DNA from: Haplodiscus bocki | Lineage: Eukaryota | Length of the DNA: 64,000 nucleotides | Reading direction: 5' to 3' | Assembly: GCA_965655095.1 (NCBI GenBank) | Contig: OZ296651.1 | Span: 31,124,001 to 31,188,000 of the forward strand | In this document: piece after piece, positions 51,701-61,832 of the stretch | How the letters are laid out: each line of letters opens with the position of its first letter | Position numbering within the stretch: position 1 is the stretch's first letter | Made by a program: the position numbers and the translations under genes | Notes under the pieces: generated by a model | Told to the model about the DNA's origin: nothing | What the model saw: only the letters and a program-made list of their open reading frames with translations | Database searches by the model: none

Positions 51701-54124
51701 TTAGAAAGAAGTTCTTCCGAGGCTCCTAGTAGTTTTGGAAAATCCTTGGTGTTTTCATTCAATTTCACAAGTTTTCTGTGTGACGGCCTTTGTTTGGAAG
51801 AGCTTGTTTTTTGGGCCCTTTTGATTTTGCATGCATTCGTGATGTTCCGTTCAGGAAGAGGCTGTTATGAGGCCCTTCCCAGCAGCGGGTGAACCCTGGT
51901 GCTTCGACCAGTCAATGGTCGACTCCGTTCTGAATCTTTTATTGGGCAACTTTTTTCTTTATGTGGCGGTCTTTGCTCTATTGAGCTTAGTTTTTTCTTG
52001 AGCCATTTGATCTTCATTGACTTTTGGATGTTCCGTTTAGGAAAAGGTTGTTTCGAGACTCCTGTTAGAAGTGCTTGAAGCCTGGTACCTGGATCAGTCA
52101 GTGAATAACTTTGCTGATTCGTTTCTCTTGACAAGTTTTGTCTGTGTGACCGTCTCTATTCGATTTAACTTTTGATTTTTGCACTCATTTGGTCTTCCTT
52201 GCTTACGTGATGTTCCGTTTAGAAAGAAGATGTTTCCAGGTTCTTCCAAGCAAAGTGTGGACACTGTTGCTTCGAGTAGTCAATGGTTAACTACACTTTT
52301 TTCTTTTATTCTCACTTTGACCAGTTTTTGTGTGACGGTCTTCATTTGATTTGGTTTTTTTTTCAGCCCATTCGATCTTGTTCGTTTACGTGATTTTCCA
52401 CTTAGAAAGAGGCTCTGCCGAGGCTCCTACTAGTGTTGGATTGTCTCTGGTGTTTTGATTCAATTTCACAAGTTTTCTGTGTGACGGCCTTTGTTTGGAA
52501 GAGCTTGGTTTTGGGCAGTTTTGATTTTGCATGTATTCGTGATGTTCCCTTCAGGGAGATGCTGTTTTGGGGCTCCTCCCAGCAGTGGGTGAACCCTGGT
52601 GCTTCGGCCAGTTAATGACCGACTCCGTTCTGAATGTTTTGTTCAATAGTTTTTTTTTGTGTGGCGGTCTCTGCTCTGATGAGCTTTCTTTTTTCTCAAT
52701 CCATTTGATGTTCTTTGACTATTTGATGTTCCGTTTTGGAAAAAATTGTTCGCAGACTCCTGCCATTATTGCTTGAAGCCTTGTGACTCGATCAGTTGAT
52801 GATTAATTCCGTCCCGATTCTTTTAGTTTCTCAAGTGTTTCTGTGTGACTGTCTTTGTTTGAATTATCTTTTGGTTTTTCCACTTATTTGATCTTGCTTG
52901 CTTACGTGATGTTCCGTTTAGAAAGAGGCTGTTCCCAGCTTCTTCCACGCATTGGGTGAACCCTGGTACTTCGAGTAGTCAATGATTAACTCTGCTTTTT
53001 TTGTTTTGACTCTGACCAATTTTTTGTGTGACGGTCTTCATTTCAATTAGCTTTTTTGGACCCATTCGATCTTGCTTGTTTACGTGATATTTCACTTAGA
53101 AAGAAGTTCTTCCGAGGCGCCTACTAGTTTTGGAAAATCCTTGGTGTTTTGATTCAATTTCACAAGTTCTCTGTGTGACGGCCTTTGTTTGAAAGAGCTT
53201 GTTTTCATGCCCTTTTGATTTTGCATGCATTCGTGGTGTTCCGTTCAGAAAGAGGCTGTTCTGAGGCTCCTCCTAGCAGTGGGTGAACCCTGGTGCTTCG
53301 ACCAGTCAGTGATCGACTCCGTTCTAAATCTTTTATTGGGCAACTTTATGTGGCGGTCTCTGCTCTGATGAGTTTTATTTTTTCTTGATCCATTTGATGT
53401 TCTTTGACTATTTGATGTTCCGTTTTGGAAAAAGTTGTTGGCAGACTCCTGCCATTATTGCTTGAAGCCTTGTGACTCGATCAGTCGATGATTAATTCCG
53501 TCCCGATTCTTTAAATTATCGCAAGTTTTTTCTGTGTGACTGTCTTTGTTTGAATTTTCTTTTGGTTTTTCCACTCATTTGCTCTTGCTCGCATACGTGA
53601 TGTTCCGTTTAGAAAGAGGCTGTTCCCAGCTTCTTCCAAGCATTGGGTGAACCCTGGTGCTTCGAGTAGTCAATGATCGACTCCGTTCTGAATCTTTTAT
53701 CCGGCACGTTTTTTCTTTATAGGGCGGTCTTTGCTCTAATGAGCTTTCTTTTTTCTCAAGCCATTTGATGTTCCTTGACTTTTGGACGTTGCGTTTAGGA
53801 AAAGAATATTTCGAGACTCCTCTCAGCAGTGCTCGAAGCCTGGTATCGGATCAGTCAACGATTAGCTCCGTTTTGCTTTTTCATTTTTTTATTACCTTTT
53901 CGTTCGGGTGCAGGGTCTTTTTCAAACGGATCACGGGTTCATTTGAGGTTCTCCCTTCTTCTGACTTATCTGTTTTTGTTTTCGTGCTCTTTGGGCTGGT
54001 GCTGGATTGATTCCTGCTTCTGAACTGACTGTGGATCACATAAACCTGTTTTTAAAACTTGATTCTTCATTTACGTTCACCCTTCTGACATGCACATTAT
54101 GGTGCAATTGAATTGATGTTTCAG

Positions 54125-54355
54125 ACTCTGCTCAACAACGAGAGTGTTCAGTTCAAGCAAGTGGAACAGCCGTGTCCGCCGTGTAGAACGCAAGTGGAGA
54201 TATCCTGTTTCGGGCAACACGAGACCATTAGCATCCAGTGTGCCAAAGGCAAAACGTATTCTTGTGGAGTACCCTGCGGTAGACAGCTTTCCTGTGGCAA
54301 TCACACTTGCGAACGCATTTGCCATGTTGTACATACTGCTCCTGACGAATCTACG
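54125..54355 (+). CDS. NFXL1: Internal coding exon (77 codons, phase 0/0) of an NF-X1-type zinc finger protein, NFXL1-like
   Basis: Acceptor GATGTTTCAG before 54125 and donor ACG|GTGAGC at 54356; 231 nt with no stop. The translation QFKQVEQPCPPCRTQVEISCFGQHE...CAKGKTYSCGVPCGRQLSCGNHTCERICH contains the NF-X1 repeat CGxHxCxxxCH and the CPPC..C.G.HE..C...YSC...CGR.L.C pattern I recall from NFXL1 proteins. Orthology versus NFX1 is from memory, not a search. Confidence 0.85.
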
Positions 54356-54758
54356 GTGAGCTACTCAATTCAAAAACTTCCCCGATTTTTTATAAGTGCA
54401 TATTTTATTGACTTCATCCATTATGGAAATTTTATTTTTTCACAAAAATGTTGGTCGTCAAAGCTTACAATGTATCACTTCACTTCTTGGTTTTCATGTA
54501 ATGACTGCTGTATTGATGATAGCAACTTTATGGACATCAAGTGAGAATAATCTCAAGTCAAAATTTTCCTGCTTTGATGGAACCAAAGCCTTTTCATGTT
54601 TGTCGTCTATGTCTTGGTGATTTGAAATCAACAGGCGTCCACTTTGTCTCCTCGGACGAAGGTGCTTTGATTCGCCGTGATAGCAGTGTATTTTTATAGA
54701 CTATATTTGAAGTTTTAACTTCTTGTAATCATTATTGATTCTCTTGTTGCTATTTCAG

Positions 54759-54770
54759 AATTTACCCACA
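54759..54770 (+). CDS. Candidate 12-nt microexon (Asn-Leu-Pro-Thr), in frame with the NFXL1-like exon
   Basis: TTCTCTTGTTGCTATTTCAG|AATTTACCCACA|GTAAGT: consensus acceptor and perfect donor, length divisible by 3, no stop in phase 0, 44-nt AG-free zone upstream and a branch-like TTTAAC at 54714-54719. Confidence 0.5.
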
Positions 54771-56024
54771 GTAAGTTGTCTTTGCTCTTACGTAACTGTA
54801 ACTATCATTTACTGCTTGGTTATTTCTCTTGAAAGCTCACTTCCGATTCCATGAAATCATGTTACTATCAAATGGATTCTGTCTGGGACTTGGGTAAATA
54901 ATTGTTGATTCTTCCCGAATTTTTGTTATTTTAATCATTATAAATCAAGATTTCATATCTCGAAGATATTGATTCCACGTAGAAAATAAAGTTCGCGATT
55001 TTCTCATAGAAATATTCGGAATCCCTGTGGCAATAAAGCCGTTAAGTTTCTGGGAAGTGCTTTTCTGAGGCAAGTGCGAAATCTAGAAAAACACCTGAGC
55101 TAACTTCTGATGGATAACTTGGTGTGATATTTGGAACTGAACGGTGCTTACTAACCGTGACTATACAGTACTGTCAGAAAAGATTCGGGTTCTCGCCGGG
55201 CGACTACTCATATCAGACGACAACTGATATCAACCTGGTATTAAGCGCGTTTCCTACAGCGCAGTTTAATTGACATCAATTAAGCATCAATTATATCATG
55301 CTATGCGAGTAATAAATGCTGAAAAGCTACATGCTTCTACTATGTTGACACCAATCTCAGCAGCTGCCTGAGTTCATAAAATGCTGAAAATATTTTGAAA
55401 TGCTGTACCGGCAAGACAATTGTTCTAAAATTAAAACAAGACGGCCGGCCGGCAGCGGCATATTTTCTGCCGACTAATTTTGTTTAAGTTGCCTTTTAAA
55501 AGGATGACAGCGTTTTTTTTAAAAATGTTTCTTCGTCAAATTTTGTAACTTTTGCAAATTTAAAATTTTTCTGATTTGTATTGCAAAACTTCACAATTAA
55601 GGTGGAAGAGACATTTCCAAGAAATAAAATCATTTGATATGCATTGTTCACCAAAATTTCCACCTTAACCGATTCTGGAAAAACCCTACTTTTCAAAGAG
55701 AAACCGAAACAAAATTTCGGCAGGGTTGTCTAAACTGCATTCTACGTGTCCAAACGAACACTTTAGGATTTTCAAAAATTTTTCCTAAGCGAAATTTTCC
55801 AACATTGTTTAAGGTGAATGCAATCGGCAAACATCGGGTTAATAAAATGCACCATTTGAGTGGATGATTTTCCTTCTATTTTTTAGATATGGCGGAAAAT
55901 AATAAAAAGTTCTCTGTCTTCAGTATAGATACCTGGAAACGCGAAGAATTTTGTTGTCCAAATTTTTTACTCTGAAATGCACGTTAACATTGTAGAAAAA
56001 AATGAGAATATTGAATGTTTCACA

Positions 56025-57830
56025 CATTCTGACTGATAAGAAAAATGTGTATTGGAAACTGGTTTATGCATAGTTTTTCTTATCCTGTCCAAAACTTGCA
56101 TTGTGTGACTTCATCAGAGAATCTAGTCATCTATTGGTGAAAGGTCATGAAGCGCTCTTTTTGAAACTTCTTGGCAGGTATTTGTTTGTTTTTCGCATTC
56201 TGAAAAGTGCAAAATTTTCCAACATTCGTCTAAAATTAAACCGCAGCGTTCTAAAAGATGATTCACATAACAATGTTTTGAATATGAGAGCGTGTGCGTA
56301 GTGCATTAGGTGCCCCCAAAAAAGCATTACATGTAAAGATTTCTAATTCTCAGAATGGTTATTCTTGGTAAACAATTCATCGGACCCTTTTTGAAGTCCA
56401 CTCGTACCGTGTGTCAGTCATCAAAATTGACACCATTGGATCCCAATTCGGGATAATGACCACTTTAGATTCATGGTATGAAAGTTGTTAAGACTTATTG
56501 CACAAAAATTATACAACTTTCCTTCCGAAGTCATGATTGACAGCTAAGATGAAAAATTTGAAAGCGGTTTTGACTTTTTGCTGACGAATATTAGCCATTC
56601 CGAGAGGTTGATTTTTTTCATGTAACGTTTCTAAGACACCTAGTTTTGCTCATTTTTGGCGTTTTTTAATGTGTTAGTCTTGTAAACATTGGGTTGCAAA
56701 GTGGCTAGTCTTAATCTATAGACAGATCAACTTTTCAGGCATCAAACACTTCAACGTTTTCTTTTATTTTGAATTTTTGGAACAATGTTTTGATAGATAT
56801 CTGGTGTAATTTTTCTGGAAGTGTATCCGATAAAGTTTCAATTGTTTCTCAGGGCCTTTAATCTGTCAACTTTGTTTTTGATATAAACTGATGCGTCAGA
56901 ATGTAATGCGAAGTTCTGCTTTACCTCTGTGTGGAATTTTTTCTCGACCGTCTGTTGAAAAGTACGGGTTACTTGAAATCCCCCTCTCTCTCAAAAATTC
57001 ACTCTGCTCTTAGAAAGCATTTCCGAGCGTGTCTTCCATCGGGGGAACCCCCAAGAGCGAAAGGTAGAGGCACGTGCTGCGTCAAGTAAAATTCATGAGT
57101 GAAAATTCTTATTTTTTTTTGGTCATTAAAGCCTTTCTTTTCCAGACATTAAGCTTTTCTAAGACTTTCCTGGCATTGCTGGCGTGATGGACCAACCGAA
57201 GGAGGGTAAGAGCTAAAGGCAACAGGACAACTCCTACCTTGCTATTTACTTTCTTTCTTTGGTATTGACTTTGCGTTTTTCTAAAGCTACAGCGAACGTC
57301 CTCATTTACTCAAGTACGATCCAAATATTGTCATATTTAACAAATTAATTCGCATCTTGTTTCCAGATTTTTCAAACTGGTGATTTTCCATGGCGCCAAA
57401 TTTTTGTTGATTCAGCAAGCCTCGAAAGTTGAAAATTATTCAAAGTAGCAAAACACGACGAGCAGACCATCGACAGCGAAATTTTCGACTCTTTGAAAAT
57501 TGTTCAATTTTTCGACGTGGTTGGACTTTTTTCTGAATATGGTTATTCCCAAGTTTTCTTTATCATTCTATGTTCCTTGCGCCTAATATCTAAAGCGGCT
57601 AATTCAGATAGTTTTTAGAGCGTTTATTTTCCCAGAAGCAAGCGGAAAATGTCCTGATTATTCTGATTAAAAAGAGGATTGTGTAATGGAAACCGGGTTA
57701 TGCTTTTAGTTTCTTTATCCTGCTCAAAACTTGCATTTTTTGAAGTCCTCAGAGTCGAGTCATCTAGAGTAAGCGATTGAAAACGTCTTTTTGGTTGGTA
57801 CCTGATCCGTTTTGCGTTGTTTACTCTCTA
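56025..57830 (+). repeat. Two diverged direct copies of a ~170-bp interspersed repeat (~56025-56200 and ~57657-57830)
   Basis: TGTGTATTGGAAACTGGTTTATGC...TTATCCTGTCCAAAACTTGCATT...AGTCATCTA versus TGTGTAATGGAAACCGGGTTATGC...TTATCCTGCTCAAAACTTGCATT...AGTCATCTA. Confidence 0.7.
56309..56640. mobile_element. Decayed MITE-like element with long imperfect inverted repeats, TA-flanked (Tc1/mariner-type)
   Basis: Ends TA-GGTG...CACC-TA. The left arm TTACATG...TCTCAGAATGG...GTCAGTCAT mirrors the right arm ATGATTGAC...CCATTCCGAGA...CATGTAA. There is an internal palindrome GAAAGTTGT...ACAACTTTC and no coding capacity. Confidence 0.5.
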
Positions 57831-58562
57831 AATAAATCATGTTAAAAGACATGATCTATGGATGTCTATGGAATTAGAGTGTCGCTGACTGGTACTGGTT
57901 GATTTTCGCGTTTTTTCAAGTGAAATTTGTTGAACCTCGGGTAGGAAAATGGCGTATCCTGAAAAGACATGATTGACAAAATTAGTTTTCAAATTAGGCC
58001 CTGTGACTTTTTTGAATTCTTCGAACAAACTTTGATTGACAACTGGTGTCGTATTTCTAAAAAGGGCAATACATCACCAATCATGGTTCGAAATGTCTTT
58101 TGCGATCCGTGATCTCAACTGATAAGTCAGAATGTGCTGCGACTTTCGGCTTCGCCTCTGTGTTGAACTTTTGCATTGGAATTATCCCGTGCGTGAAACC
58201 GTGAAATTGAGTTCTTTTTCGTCAATGACCCACATGTTCTTTCCTTTTTCATAATGCAACTTTGCTGTTTTGCTGATAAGAGGCATTTATTTTGGGCGGC
58301 AGCATTCTTAATACGAATTGATATGCGTAGCACAGAAAGCGGTGATATCTTTGTTACATTTTTGATATCAGTAGCTCCTTGATATGAGTTGTCGCCTCCT
58401 CATTTTGATGTCAGTTTTCACTTGATTGGATTGTCCGGCTGAAATCAGTTCTCGCTACTCTGGTTAACCTAATTAACAGAAGGTATTGTTCCAGCCTAAA
58501 AATGAGGAACCCCCCCCCCCCCACCCGCTAAAATGACCCGAAGTAAAAATTTTAAAAATGTA

Positions 58563-58630
58563 ATCACCGAGAATCGATCCCGGAACTTTTTGTCCGCAAA
58601 GCTGCCGACTTACCTATCAACCATTTTGGC
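58563..58630 (-). mobile_element. Degenerate tRNA-like segment (probable SINE head or tRNA pseudogene)
   Basis: The minus strand reads GCCAAAA-TGGTTGATAGGTAAG (A-box-like)...CCGGG-ATCGATT-CTCGG (T-arm with B-box-like loop) at tRNA-like spacing. The acceptor and anticodon stems do not pair. Confidence 0.35.
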
Positions 58631-59174
58631 TCATTAATGTTGAATTTTTGTGCAAGGTATACTGGCAAACAAATTATATTCGTTACGTTGACGTTGGTAT
58701 CAAACGCGCTTAATGGTTCTCAACCGACAAATGCAATGGTCTGAACAAGTAAATCTGTTGCCAGATGCGGATGTGGAATAAAATTACATTGAAATAAAGC
58801 CGAAAAAAGTGAAATGAACAGCTAATATAAATAAATACACGCGGTCACGGTCAGATACTCCAAACTTACATTTGTTTCTACAATGGATGAACAGTGTCTC
58901 GAAGTATCCAGCTCTGGAATATCAGAAATCATAGGTGGCGATCACTTTACCGTGGAAATAGTGAAGACAAGATTTTGTCTGTTTTGAAACAGAAAAAATA
59001 GACGAAGTTGACATTCCAAGCTTCCTGCCCCGTCATTCCAAATCTGCATCCAAAATGAACATGAGGTCTAAATTGACCATTGGAAAGTGTGTCAGTGAGG
59101 CGAAAGCAGAAGAATACTCAAAAGCAAAGGAGTGAAATTCAGTTCAGAAAGCCTGCTTTGCACTGGTAGCTAGA

Positions 59175-61327
59175 CAGGGATGCACTGTTTTAAACAAGGA
59201 GGAAAGAAACGTGTTTAAAACACATCGAAAAAAACACTTTGTTTTTTTTTGTTTTTTATTTTTTCATTTTTGAAATATTTTAATATTATATCAATTATAC
59301 AATTTTTCGACAACATTGTTCAATTTGATAAATGTTTAAAGACTTAGATCTGCTGTGTTTTCAAAATATTTCATAATTTAAGATTTATATGAAAAAATGC
59401 CCAGACAAAAAGATGCCATCTGGGAATATTTCTCTGAAATTGTAGTGAATGGTGCCATTAGTGCAAAATGTGCGGTGATGATATTGCATCATTGGTAGCC
59501 CGAATGAAACGTCATGTTAAAGACTGTCGTAAATGTCATAATCAAGAGCCTAGAAGTTCATCTGGATCTGCTAGCAATCCAATTCCAGTGGAGGGTTCTA
59601 CACCAGCAAAACAGCTAAAGCAAAGCATCCTTTCGGTTCTTACCACGACGCCAAAGAAACAAGATCAAATCGATATTCAAATTGCAAGGTATATAAAACT
59701 ATTATAGAGTAATTTTGGACAGGATTTGTTGTAATGTTTTTGAAAATTTATACTATAATATTAAAAATTGCTTAGGTGCATAATCGCGACAAACAGTCCC
59801 TTTACTTTTTCCGGCAATAAACAGTTTAAGCGTTTAGTCGAGATGTTGAGACCTGGAACAACGGTTCCAAAGAGAAACGAAATTTCCGATGAACTTGATA
59901 TGATATACGACGAAGAAAAACTAAAAGTTGCCGCTGTTGTTAATGGTCTTTCTGCCACAATTGTCATCGATAGATGGTCAACACTGGATAATCAACCTGT
60001 CTTTGGGATTTCGTTTTATTCTGGTGGCAAAAGTTTCCTAGTCAGCACAATTGATACTTCGGGAAAACCGCACACTACGGAGTACTTGGTAGACGTTCTA
60101 GATGGTGAAGTGAAGCGCTGCGAAATTGAGTGGAAAGTAAAAGTCCAAAGTGTTGTGACGGACAATGCCGCTAACATGAAGGCAATGCGGACTGCTTATA
60201 AAGAAGAAACTGAAGGGGAATCAATGGTACATGTTTACGGGTGCCGAGCACACGTGTCAATTTTGGTTGCGAAGGATTATCTGTCAACAAAAGAAATGAA
60301 AGCAGTTTTGAACAAAGTAACTTCAGTATTCAAATGGTTCCGGACAACTCACATTGGTTCGTCAACATTAAGGGAAGCAGGAATACCGCGACCACCCACA
60401 GCATGCGAAACCCGCTGGAACACTGCAACGGAAGTCTTGGATTACTTTGTGAAACATTGGAATTCTCTTGGCGATATTATCAATACAAAACTCAGCTCAA
60501 CAGATCCGGTATATAGGTTTATGGAAGAAATACAACTTAAGCGAAGTGCCACGGATGGTCTACTTTTCTTGAAACCTCTGGCGACTGCACTTGATAAGTT
60601 TCAATCCAACGATTGCGGGCTATCGCTTACGTACGAGATTTGGCAGTCTGTCATTGAATGTGCCCCTGATACATTGGTGGAAAAACTGAGTAATCGCCGA
60701 AACATGGCAGCTTCTGATGTTCAATTAGCCGCGTACTTATTAGATCAAGGTTTTCTGGTCGAAAACTGCAGCCATGCGAAATTCTTGAAGCTGAACAGTA
60801 TTTACAGAGTCTGAGTGAAGATATAATGCCAGAAGTCTCAAAATATTTAGCAAAACAACCTCCATATTCGAGTTATCTCTTCGAAGGTTCATACAAAGAC
60901 GTGGATCCTGTGTCCTGGTGGAAGTCAGGGCTACGGTTGGGTTTCAGCACTCAATTAGTGGATATTGCTGTATCGCTTGTGTCAGCCGTTTCGTCATCGG
61001 CCAGTCTTGAACGCCATTTTTTTAGTTTGGGCTTAACTTACGGATGTTTGCGTACACGTCTTGGAGTTGAAAAGGCAGGAAAACCTGCGTTCTTGCATCA
61101 ACAATTGAACAATTAACTTTAAACTTTAACAAACTTTTTATCACTCTATCAGTTTAACATTCCTTTTATTTACCACTTTTAAAAAAATTTGAGTTTTGTA
61201 TATTTCGTATTATTTGTTGTTTTTTTTCAGTTTTTCAGGAAAAGAACGAAAAAAACCTGTTTTTTTAAAGAAAAAAAACATGTTTTTTTATTTAATTGGG
61301 AAAAAAACGTTCAAAACAGCATCCCTG
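59175..61327 (+). mobile_element. Full-length hAT-superfamily DNA transposon, 2153 bp
   Basis: TIR CAGGGATGC (59175-59183) / GCATCCCTG (61319-61327), extending imperfectly (CAGGGATGCacTGTTTTAAAC vs CAGGGATGCTGTTTTGAAC). Perfect 8-bp TSD TAGCTAGA at 59167-59174 and 61328-61335. Subterminal A-tract/T-tract repeats and an internal transposase. Confidence 0.96.
59397..61116 (+). pseudogene. hAT transposase (BED zinc finger, DDE core, C-terminal dimerisation domain) with one intron and two frameshifts
   Basis: ATG at 59397 gives MPRQKDAIWEYF; a frameshift near 59460 leads into CKMCG...MKRHVKDC (BED-like). A GT-AG intron at 59689-59775 joins IAR|CIIATNSPF in frame. Motifs: IVIDRWS (D), VVTDNAANM (D), CRAH (CxxH), TRWNT. 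A 1-nt loss near 60746 breaks LD[P]RF; then SWWK and SSASLERHF (E); stop at 61116. Confidence 0.92.
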
Positions 61328-61832
61328 TAGCTAGAATTGTTTTCACCGATGTTCGAGACGCTAAATCAAAATCAAATGAAATTAAAAACAGCGTGAGGTT
61401 TTGTCAAAAGGTGCTATGATTTTTACGACACGCCTCAACCCCTTAAATGTTTCGAGTCTCAGAAATCTCAGAAAAGGCGCCGGAAAACTCAAAATGAAAC
61501 CAGTTGTCGGATTGGCTTTAATTGGGTTGTTAATATTCGTACCAGTTTGAAATTGCATCAACTTTTGGTGGAAAAGGCTAAATAGTTGTATGATTTCTAC
61601 AAATCTGCATGCACTGAAGACAATTGCGGTCCTGAAATTCTACATTTTTCAATTAAATGGTTTGAAGACTGGAAAAAAGAATTCAGAATCAGTCTGAAGA
61701 AGCCGAACCAACGTTTCAATTTGAAGTATAATGTCATATAGTGTCATAAGACTTCGAATTTCAGATTTTCTGAAGAATATCCTAGGGGTTAAAGTTTTTT
61801 TTCTGGAAGAACTACAAAACAGATATAACAAA

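Larger units (their letters stand above)
1..53875. repeat. Tandem satellite DNA array, ~185-bp monomer, head-to-tail, truncated by the window start
   Basis: The anchor GTGATG(T/G)/GTGATA recurs at 147, 331, 464, 647, 832, 1018, 1291, 1477, 1661, 1795 (steps 184, 133, 183, 185, 186, 273, 186, 184, 134). ORF-track duplicates are offset by exactly 185 (23640/23825, 25066/25251) and 370 (34369/34739). All units I read are in one orientation and the + strand is T-rich. The last recognisable monomer motif (CAGTCAACGATTAGCTCCGTT) ends at ~53,872. Confidence 0.98.
31700..53875. repeat. Satellite subfamily B with 370-bp dimers and larger higher-order repeats
   Basis: Diagnostic motifs GCTCTGATGAGCTTTC, GAGACTACTGCCATT and a ~149-bp deleted unit (34160 to 34309). 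ORF-track offsets are 370, 4101 (31816/35917), 3049 (37116/40165), 1569-1571 (42209/43778, 43116/44687) and 702 (50108/50810). Confidence 0.88.

Noticed and set aside
1006-52776. Dozens of repeated 60-139 aa ORFs in the ORF track
   Set aside because: They recur at satellite periods on both strands, open and close with homopolymer indels, and show no domain, so they are by-products of the repeat.
1-53875. CRISPR-like repeat-spacer array
   Set aside because: Whole ~185-bp units are homologous, there are no unique spacers or cas genes, and the context is intron-containing eukaryotic DNA.
54356-54544. 3' part of the 143-aa ORF 54113-54544
   Set aside because: Similarity to NF-X1 repeats ends at the GTGAG donor (54356); the remainder is intron read-through.
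55164-55190. TACAGTACTGTCAGAAAAG as a Tc1-like left TIR
   Set aside because: I found no convincing inverted partner in the window.
57146-57205. 60-nt segment with a good acceptor and donor as the next NFXL1 exon
   Set aside because: It has stops in all three frames and no Cys/His pattern, so it is at most non-coding.
59761-60516. ORFs 59761-59967 (-) and 60241-60516 (+)
   Set aside because: They are antisense or alternative-frame shadows of the hAT transposase.
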